Source of the DNA: Trichosphaerium sp. ATCC 40318
Lineage: Eukaryota; Protista; Tubulinea
Length of the DNA stretch: 64,000 nt
Direction of reading: 5' to 3'
Assembly: GCA_038496445.1 (NCBI GenBank)
Contig: JALMLS010000343.1
Span: 62,001-126,000, forward strand
The position numbers and the translations under genes are program-made. Below are positions 53,901 to 64,000 of this stretch, in pieces. Below the pieces are notes generated by a model. That model was not told where the DNA came from, made no database searches, and saw only the letters and a program-made list of their open reading frames with translations. Every line of letters begins with the position of its first letter. Position 1 is the stretch's first letter.

Positions 53901-55465
53901 GAAGAAAATTGAACAAACTTCCAAAAAAAAAAGTTTTTTTTTGGTTCCCACAAAATACTTTCAGTTTCTTTCTTCTAGTCGACTTAATCTTAATCAATAT
54001 TGCTTAGATGGACACCTTTGCACTTTTCTGTATATTATAATCGCGAAGAAATGACCCGTCTATTACTTTTACGTGGTGCTTGCCCGCTTATTAACAACGA
54101 AAATGGAGACTTGCCTATTGATCTTACAACCTCTACTGTTATTCGCAATGCATTATTGAAGTACCACAAGGTTACTACAATCACAACTGCGGAAGAGAAG
54201 GGTAATTTATTGGACTATGAGAGTGACTCAGAACCGATCAGACGCGAGCTACTACAGGTACAAAACAAGTAGCATACTTTTTTTTGCTTCCATCTCAAAA
54301 TATTGTTGTTACACCAAGCGGCCAACGCTCCTTGCCTCAATTTTATTCAAACATAAAGTTACAAATGTACTATTACGTAGTAGTACTACGTAGTGATATA
54401 TTGGTTCTTTATGATGGAGAAACGAAATGAAATAGAAATACTAACAAACGAAAATAGGATGAAATTAGTGGTAGCTCTGATACAATTGTTATGCTTGATA
54501 TAGATGATGAAGAAAGTAATAACAATGCTGGCAATAATAACACAACTGAGAAGACACCTGCTTCTAAAACACCTGTATCATTGATAGTAACATATTGGTT
54601 CTGGATGCGACAAACTGCTTTAAACATTTGGAACAGACACAGGTACAAAACAAGCTTTTTTGTCACTTTGACACATAAAATACATTGCTTGAATGTTGTT
54701 TTTTACACCATATTATTGGTGTAGCATTTGTTTTGTAAGCGATGAACCAACACTTAACTTTTTCAATAAAACCAAAACCTATCAAATACTAACTTTTTGT
54801 TTCTTTTTAGAGTGTGGCTGTTCCTCTCATTAGTACTCGTTGTTGGAGCTATACTTATAGGCCAATTCGTACCATATCGTTTACGTCCTGGTGAAGTACC
54901 ACAAACTGCAAAACGTGGCGCAGCAAGCAACGCACCTTATGTACGTAGTTCTCTAATAAGAGCAGCTTTATACGCTTTTCTTACTTTTTTCTTAAAGGTG
55001 CTACCCGCTACTTGCCAGAAACCATACACAGCTGATTGTTTGAATACATTATGCACATATAATCCTATAGCACCTGAGTGTGAGGGTAGGTCTAAAGACA
55101 CAACACCACCTCAACGTTCTCATAAAGTAACACCACTTGATTTTTACTTTGTTATTCTATTTATCATTTGGATGTTGTTATGGGGATCTCTAACATACAC
55201 AGCAATGAAAGGGTATGTTAATATACAATTATTATTTTCAAAGGAACTATTGCACGCATCAACAGAAAAAACCACTAAAACCCAGCTCGCGAGCAATGCA
55301 TTGTTGTTAGGGCTCTTTTTTCTTGTTTCATTTTTTTATCTTGGTTCTGCTTCTTTCTCTAATTCCCCTTTTTTTAGAAGAGTTGCTAATTGGCTTATTG
55401 GATCTTTGGAGTTTATTATAACAGCTTTATGTATAACTGGTATACTCCTAATGTTGCTCCTATAA
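50952..55465 (+). CDS. MGA2: Spt23/Mga2-like membrane-tethered transcription factor (DBD, IPT/TIG, ankyrin, TM)
   Basis: KSRVETQIK, CMSCVQRERK, RITCYCRHHKE, PIIITDDHK, PTIEKVIPTDGPLPGGVEITVLG, LMELALQVIGMRLTGQMQDAKNIARRII, GHTLLHYA / WTPLHF ankyrins, hydrophobic C-terminus. Confidence 0.85.
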
Positions 55466-55559
55466 CAAAGAAAAAAAAAAATTGTAAATTATCATTAAAA
55501 CACTTAAGACTAAGACTTTGATTCGCATTTCTCGAAAACCTCCATCTTGCTATGTAACG

Positions 55560-55910
55560 TAATATCCAGTTTATTTTAAAGACAGACATAGTTTTTTTTA
55601 CAAACGTGCATTTCTTTTTATAGCGCACCACCAAAATAGATTTGTTTCTTTTTTCATTTCCATTTTCATCCCACTCACAGTGCTCTCCTTCTTTTCTACC
55701 TTTAACATACTTAACCTGCTCTCGTAATTTACCATTAAAATGCCAACTCTTTCTCTCCTTCCAGAAGCCCGTGTATAATAATAACCGTGCAATTTTATGT
55801 GCCACATTCATAATATTGTCTAAGTTCGCCATGTAGTAACCGTTTAAATAGGTAGGTTTGTTAGTACAAATCGTGTTTCGAGTTTCCTGCTTCAGAGAAA
55901 AACCCCTTCT
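55560..55910 (-). pseudogene. Frameshifted MORN-variant (MORN_2/YwqK-like) repeat remnant
   Basis: Repeat pieces lie in different frames: TYLNG / LLHGELRQYYECG* / IKLHGYYY / WHFNGKLREQVKYVKGRKEGEHCEWDENG. Confidence 0.65.
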
Positions 55911-55969
55911 CGTTAAGCTAGCATCAAAACCGCCCGGTTGAACTTGTAACTACGCCCAGAGATTATCCA

Positions 55970-57718
55970 ATGTCGTCTTATCCTAAACAAGGAAAAAGGA
56001 CTCTAGAACAAGCCGCTAATGCTGAGAAATATAAATATACCATCTCTTATCTTTATTTTCTGCCTAACGAGCTTCTTGTTAATATTCTTTCGCATGTAGA
56101 TGGTATTTCATCGTTTACATGCTTGGCACGAACCTGCAAAGCGTACACCACCTAACAAGCGATAAAAGCTTATAACTCTACTGTAGCTTCTTAACAGTTT
56201 GTTCTTCGGATCTGGCTCCATTCTACAGAAACTTATACGCAAAGAAATGGCATTTGGATGCTCGAGAGCTCAGCGCACATTTCCCTGAGGCTAATGGAAG
56301 GTAATAGGCGCTTGTGTTTATTCATAGACAAACTTTCTTATTAAACTTAGAAATTGGCTTGTCAAATACAAAACACGTGAAATAGATGAAGCAAATGAGT
56401 TTAAACATTATTTTTCAAAAAAATATAAGGTATGGTTGAAGGTTACTTTTTGTGTCTGTTCTTACAGTACAGACTAGCAGTGTCTACACAAGGCGCTATG
56501 CAAAAAAGCATGGCTTTTATGGCACTTACTTCGATATTAAGTCTTACACAAAATCTAATAGTGTACGACAATACTGCAACCAAAGCAATGATAATTTTGG
56601 TTTTTTAACTACCTAAACATGTCCACTTGTAGGGTTTTTTTTTTCTTTTTCTGACATATTATAGACATTTTTTGGTTCATTGTTAGGTACTAATGGTGTA
56701 TTCATGAACACAATGATATCATTGCTTGCTACATGTGATATACATAAAACAGAACAAGAGAAGGCTTATGCAGTGTTTATTAAACGCTACCTGGATAAAT
56801 TTGATGTCATTGGATTCTTTGGTGCTATAAAAAAGCGGCTAATGATAACAAAACAACCTAAAGTACTCAAAGCCAAGTAGCTTCTTTGTACTTAACATTA
56901 CTTTAGGTAATATTGGGGCTATTATTTAATTTCACACCTGAAGAAATGCAGAATCCAACAGAGCGTGTAAGATCTGTAGGCTTGGTTGAATTCCTCCTTG
57001 TAGAATATTCAAAAGCTAAAATTGATTTGATATCGTATTACATAGAAGCTATTTACACGGTACTTGCATGCGCTGAAAGTATGGAAAAAAACCAACCAAC
57101 AAAAAGCTTGTTTTCTAAGTTCTTTTGTTTCTCTAGACTTCAAAAATAAAGATCGTGAGGCTTATATACACGCATGGATCAAGGATATTGGACTATCTAA
57201 ATTTGTTGTAGATGCATGGACTAAGGTAGAAAAACTAGACAACGCTTTGTTGAAAAAGGGAATGAAGAGCCTCATATTGCACTTGGCAAGAATAATACCT
57301 GACTTGTGCATTCACCATAAAGAATTTTTACAGTAGCTAAGCGCATGGACAGTATTATAAATGAAACAACTAGTATGTACCCAGATGACAAACCTTGACA
57401 ATAGAACACCTTGCCATTAACCATTAACTTGCTGTAGCTAATGACGTAAGTGTTCAAGAACAAGAATTAGAGGCACATAAAGATTCATACAATTGCACCC
57501 GTATAATGTACAATGCACTGTACTGTTCATCATGTGATGGTAAATTTCCAGATGAAAAATTACAAACAGAGTTGACACTACAGTTTAAAGATACACTATT
57601 AACTCTTATATCTTTACAATGGAATGATAAAGTAATATTTGGGAGATTAATACTAACTTTTGCTTCATTTTCTTTCTTATCAAGTTGTTTGCTAAATAAA
57701 GAGATGCAAGTTTTGTGA
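55970..57718 (+). CDS. F-box protein with helical (ARM/HEAT-like) C-terminus, multi-exon
   Basis: LYFLPNELLVNILSHVD..TCLARTCK..W F-box motif followed by helical exons. Confidence 0.75.
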
Positions 57719-58006
57719 ATAAATGTTTAGACCAATGTTAGAAACATTTCTTGTGACACTACTGAGGAATGTGTTTTTTGACACAAGAAATGTAATAAAC
57801 ATTAACGTTTTGTCAAAGACAATTCTTGTAGTCAACGTAAGTACCAAAAGTGGGTTTTTTTGAAGTTAACAGCCACTCTATCTATAAAGCACCGAAAATG
57901 TTAATAACGCTAGTTCCCAAGGTGCAGTTGACATAATTCAATTATTATAGCTAATACTGATAAGCTATGGCTACTGGCACTTCCAGTAGAGTTACACCTC
58001 GAAATA

Positions 58007-58630
58007 ATGGAAACAGATTGTGAAGCGTATATTAAATGGCCTTTGCTTTCTAAACTATCAGCAGAAACATCTAGACGATTTGATAATGGTTTTAATAAGC
58101 ACGGATTGTGGGCAAGACACAGAAGTAACAATACAAAGATTGACACGTGTTACTTTGAAAGAGGACGAAAGCAAGGAGAAAGTAAGAAATTTCATGAAAA
58201 TGGTAAAGTGAGAGAACAGTGTTATTACGTCAATGGTGAAATGAAAGGAGAATATAAAGCATGGTACAACAATGGTCAACTTGCCATGCATTATTTTGTC
58301 GATGGTCAGTTGATAGCACAAGGGTTCTACTATTATAGTAAAAAGAAAGGAGAATACAAAGAGTGGCACATGAATGGTCAGTTGATGAAGAAGGTTAACT
58401 ATGTCAATGGCGAACGACAAGGCGAGTACAAGAAGTGGTATGATAACGGACAGCTTGATAAGGTAGTTAATTATGTTAATGGTCAAATGGAAGGAGCATG
58501 CCAAGAGTGGTATAAGAATGGTCAATTTTATACTGAGATAGAATATAAAAATGGTATCAAACAAAACGACCCTATGTTTTGGCACTCGAACGGTGACTAT
58601 GGAGGAATCTTAAACGTGTACAATTACTAA
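58007..58630 (+). CDS. MORN-variant (MORN_2) repeat protein; upstream in-frame F-box-like LLALPVELHLEIM; true start uncertain
   Basis: About 6 repeats of the GEYKxWYxNGQLxxxxNYVNG type in one uninterrupted exon. Confidence 0.8.
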   Translation: METDCEAYIKWPLLSKLSAETSRRFDNGFNKHGLWARHRSNNTKIDTCYFERGRKQGESKKFHENGKVREQCYYVNGEMKGEYKAWYNNGQLAMHYFVDGQLIAQGFYYYSKKKGEYKEWHMNGQLMKKVNYVNGERQGEYKKWYDNGQLDKVVNYVNGQMEGACQEWYKNGQFYTEIEYKNGIKQNDPMFWHSNGDYGGILNVYNY

Positions 58631-59171
58631 AGTGACAAGTAGCCTTTGTTGCAATAAAGCACGACGCTGTTTAAACCGTTGAGTCATAATAGGTAGAAAG
58701 ATTTGAAGACAGTAGTCGTTAAGCTTTTAACTGTACACTTTGGAAGCGTAGTTAGAATAAACGCACATTCTAGGGTAAGCAACTGTATGATAAATCGGTT
58801 AAGTTTAAATTGTTGCGACGATTCCTGTAGTACATTTTAAAGCGTATTACGCTATGAATATGCAAATGGAATAGAGGAGTATTTCTCCACAGAAAAACGT
58901 GATAGTAAGGGATACACAGCCGTTTCTAAGCGTTGGTAACGTACTATTTGCATCAGTAAACGGTGAAGAGTTTTTTAAAGCTACTCTAGCTAAACATACA
59001 CTTGTGACGCGTTGAGAGCGGAGTTCTTGCGGTTCTGTGACGCTTTGAAGCACAAAAGCTTTTCGTTTTCCTAACCTCGCTGGTTTCTCGTGTATAACTA
59101 CCCCATACTGTTATTACCAATAAACGCGTGTATTACTGCAAAATGAAGAGCTCTTAAGCGAAAAAACTACG

Positions 59172-59187
59172 AATCACACGTGTGATT
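59172..59187. promoter_or_regulatory. Perfect 16-bp palindrome containing an E-box (AATCACACGTGTGATT) upstream of actin
   Basis: Self-complementary sequence about 127 bp before the actin ATG. Confidence 0.4.
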
Positions 59188-59313
59188 AGGCAAAATTCAA
59201 CCAGAACAGAGTATTATTCAGAAATTTGAAAAATTCTTGATCAAATCACACTGACGTAAAACACAACTTTCTGCTCCCAGCAAAAGAAACAACACCACCA
59301 ACAAACAACAATC

Positions 59314-60745
<1,432 letters not shown>

Positions 60746-61190
60746 GTGCCCACCTTTTTGGTTGTATTTCTAAATACCCTAATAAAAAACTTAAAAACCA
60801 AATTTATTTGTTTGTTTCTTTTATTACTGTAAGCCTGTCCGTCTTTTTGCCTTTTTTATTTACTTGAGAATTGACCACACCTATAACAGGTCTAGAGAAT
60901 GCACAAGCAGAAAAGCATTATTTACCTATTCTTTGTCTAATACTCCAACAGTAAAAAACTTAAAAACCATTTCGTTTATTGTCTAATAGAGCATTTTTCT
61001 TGGCACAAAATTTACTGATGTTAGCTGACAATCTTTAACCATTCGTTAAGCGTTTGTACAAAGTGGCTGACACATGTTTTAATTTTATTTTATTGTTCAG
61101 TGAACTTTGGGCTGACATTGTTTCTTATCCGTTTAATATGACAGCTCCTGCGAGCGCGTTGAAGCGATGGTCTCCTTGCTTCAACAGCAA

Positions 61191-61262
61191 GCCTTCGTAG
61201 CTCAATGGCAGAGCAGTGGTTTACGAAACCAAAGGTTGTAGGTTCGACCCCTACCTGAGGCT
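61191..61262 (+). tRNA. Atypical tRNA or pseudo-tRNA, nominal anticodon ACG (Arg)
   Basis: GCCTTCG-TA-GCTC AATGGCA GAGC; GTGGT-TTACGAA-ACCAA; GTAGG-TTCGACC-CCTAC; CTGAGGC-T; T-run terminator near 61269-61275; mismatches in the acceptor and anticodon stems. Confidence 0.7.
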
Positions 61263-61344
61263 ACCTTCTTTTTTATGAACTGACCTCATCTGTTTCACTG
61301 CAAAAAGGTCTCGCGTTAATAGTATCTTATCACAAAACAATATT

Positions 61345-63335
61345 TTATTCAGTGGACTTTGGTACAATGTTATGGGTAGCGGAAAAGACATTGTTTGGAT
61401 CCCACTTTTCTTTGACTTCAACCAATTTTTGGTAATTTCCGCCATAAGACTTTAGTACACGTTCTGCTGTATCATTGTCTCTTTGTGATATAAAGTTGAC
61501 ATAATCACCACTACCATTGATGCCAAATTTACTAAGCCCTGCAGCAAACTTGCGCGCAAACTGAACCTCTCGTTCACCGTCCATGCCTTCCTATTAGACC
61601 AAACAAAGTTAAAACAAATACTTGACGAGACGTTTTCAAACACCGTTACCTCCCAAACAACAATGATGTGAATCTCAAACTTTGCTCCTCTGTAAAAGTA
61701 AGCTGTATCACCAGGAGCCTTTCTAGCGATTTCTCCACCTAATTACTCCATTTAGTATCAAATAACAATTTCTTACTTAATGTACCCAAGTGCATCACCT
61801 CCACAGATGTATGCCTTATCAATAATCTGTTAAACAAAAATAACTAACAGTTAAAACATACCTGTGATCACACCGCCAAGAGTTGTACGTTTTGCTAATA
61901 TAGTCAACAACGTCATTTGTCATATCCCTAAACAATCAACTTAATTTAACTGGTTGGAATAAAAATGTAATAAAACGAAGGAGCAATTAGTTAGTTTACC
62001 CTATAAAAGCTCCTTTCCAGTAAACACAATCATTACTGCCTGTGTTAGCTTTATCAAATCGTTGGTTTAAGTCTGCATATAGCGACAGGAAAACAAACTC
62101 GCGATCAGCATGAACTTGAATGCTTTCAAAGGCTGCTACACCTGCGTCATACAAATCTTGATGTTTATCATGGAGCTCCGGATCATAGTACACAGCTATT
62201 ATTTCTGCCTCTGTTGGTGTGATCCAAAGGTAACAAGTAAGACGATCATCGCTAATAGCTGATACAAACTTTTGATAGAACGATACGCATTGTCCAACCT
62301 TCATAAAGACAAATACACCAACCACTAATTTTTCTAGAAGAAAAAAACAACGTCAGATTTCTTTTTCCTTTGAAATAGTTTGCGCCACTGTGCTTTAGCA
62401 CTCCCGTCTTTTTTACGTACCTATTGGATGAACCTTAAATGTAAAATCTGTGACTACACCATAATTACCACCTCCACCACGTATGGCAAAGAACAAATCC
62501 GTATTCTCACTCTGACTTGCAGTAACCAATTTACAATCAGCTGTTACTACTTCAGCTGATATAATGTTATCACAGCTAAGTCCATGAAGCCTTGATAACT
62601 ACCTTGAATCAATACAATACAAAGAAAAAAAAGAACTTTACATACCCAACCAATACCTCCGCCAAGCGTCAACCCAGCAACACCAGTAGTCGATATTAAA
62701 CCTCCAGGAGCAGCTATTTACAAAGAAAAATAAAGGTAAGTATTTGATGTTTCCGTACTCATCACGTGATTTTGTCTTTCGCGTTTTTTACTTACCAAGC
62801 TTGTACAATGCTGCTGTGCCATCGAAATCATTCCATGTACATCCAGCTTGAACTTTTGCTGTACGTGCAACCTTGTCCACAGTGACGCCTCTCATTTTAG
62901 ACAAGTCAATTACAACGCCACTGTCAACTAAACAGAGCCCTGCAACGCTGTGCCCTGAACGCCTTAATATAAAAAGTCGGTAGAATAAGAAAATTCTCAT
63001 GTACCTCCGCTGCGTACAGCTATTTTTTGTTTGTTTGCTTTTGCGAAACGCATTGACATTAAAATGTCGTTTGTACTCTGTTTTACCGTTAAAAGGTTCA
63101 TTTTTGCGTTGATTGGGCGTACTTTGCAGTATATAATAGCGCTAGGCTTCTTTTTAATGTCTCTATTCCATACCCGACAAGACTTTGCGTATTTGGCATC
63201 TCCTGGTAGTACTACCTTACCACGTAGCGCCTCACGTAATGTTTTGATTTGGTGCTCTGAGAATACAGGTAGAGCAATGTTTTCTTTGCCTGACGAGGCA
63301 ACCCATGATTTAATACCTGCCAACAATGTGGCCAT
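61345..63335 (-). CDS. FAD-binding berberine-bridge-enzyme/VAO-type oxidoreductase
   Basis: AVRSG|GHS, GVVIDLSKM, TTGVAGLTLGGGIG, DLFFAIRGGGGNYGVVT, BBE tail YVNF..YGGNYQKLVEVKEKWDPNNVF. Confidence 0.92.
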
Positions 63336-63541
63336 GGTGGAATTGCGAACTTCACGTAGTGTATTTCAAAAAAAGGTAAAAAGTCAAACCCACTCCTTTC
63401 CAGCTGTTCAAGACGCGGTTGTACGTCAACAACTTTAGCTACTGGCTCTAACCGATCCTCATGACACTGTGAAACAACTTCCAATTATTTACACAACATG
63501 CAAGCCTTTAAAAAGACGATTTTTTTATAAAATTAATTAAA

Positions 63542-64000
63542 CTACAAGGAATACACTATCAAATAGGAAGGTAGGACTTGGTCACTGTTATAGACAACCA
63601 ACTCATCGTCTTGAAGTGTTTCACCAACTTGTCCAACAACAGAATGAAATCCTCTTGGAGGTTTTGTGATACCTGTCATCTCAAGATTTGTGCAATACGC
63701 TTTACCAGCAGCGACTTGACAAAGGAACATTTTTCGATAAGTTTTCCCATTGTGATTGAGCTCTGACCCTTTTGCATAGTCGTTTGATTTTGTAGGAGAA
63801 GAAGAGAAGTATAACCCTGGACCATATCTCAAATAACCACCAACAGCAGGTCTAGCACTTCCAGCCAAATTCAATTTAAAGCCATGTCTGCAAATATTAC
63901 AAACAGCACATCCTTGATCATTGCAAGGTCCTATGTTCTGTACAACGCCAGCGCTACATGTACAAGATGTGCCGTGAAATCGTCGAACAACGTTACCTAT
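63542..64000 (-). CDS. PARP-family ADP-ribosyltransferase catalytic domain (5' part outside the window)
   Basis: RRFHGT, YGPGLYFSSSPTKSNDY, MFLCQVAAG, DDELVVY..LPSYLIVY (H-Y-E triad). Confidence 0.88.
   Translation of the reverse strand: MGNVVRRFHGTSCTCSAGVVQNIGPCNDQGCAVCNICRHGFKLNLAGSARPAVGGYLRYGPGLYFSSSPTKSNDYAKGSELNHNGKTYRKMFLCQVAAGKAYCTNLEMTGITKPPRGFHSVVGQVGETLQDDELVVYNSDQVLPSYLIVYSL

Overview
This is 64 kb of compact, AT-rich, intron-dense eukaryotic nuclear DNA. Introns are mostly about 45-100 nt with GTAC/GTGC donors. The actin signature ([29 protein letters not shown]) suggests an amoebozoan protist, which is an inference. In order, the window holds: a DHHC palmitoyltransferase; a TPR protein; a large ankyrin/NmrA-like/EF-hand/PIP5K fusion; HAS1/DDX18; a Myb protein; an acetoacetate-decarboxylase-like protein; TSG101; a triple-dsRBD protein; a Zn2Cys6 transcription factor with a ~100-bp inverted repeat in one intron; a Gfo/Idh/MocA oxidoreductase; a low-complexity protein; a ~20-kb RNF213/mysterin-like AAA+ ATPase; an Spt23/Mga2-like factor; a MORN pseudogene, an F-box gene and an F-box-like/MORN gene; actin; an FAD/BBE oxidase; and a partial PARP-type ADP-ribosyltransferase. 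Two atypical tRNA-like genes share a leader motif. The best candidate for a new system is the RNF213-like giant: it seems to lack RING and RZ fingers and ends in an acidic repeat plus four tandem ubiquitin-like domains. Gene models were spliced by eye, so boundaries are approximate. Family assignments come from recalled motifs, not database searches.
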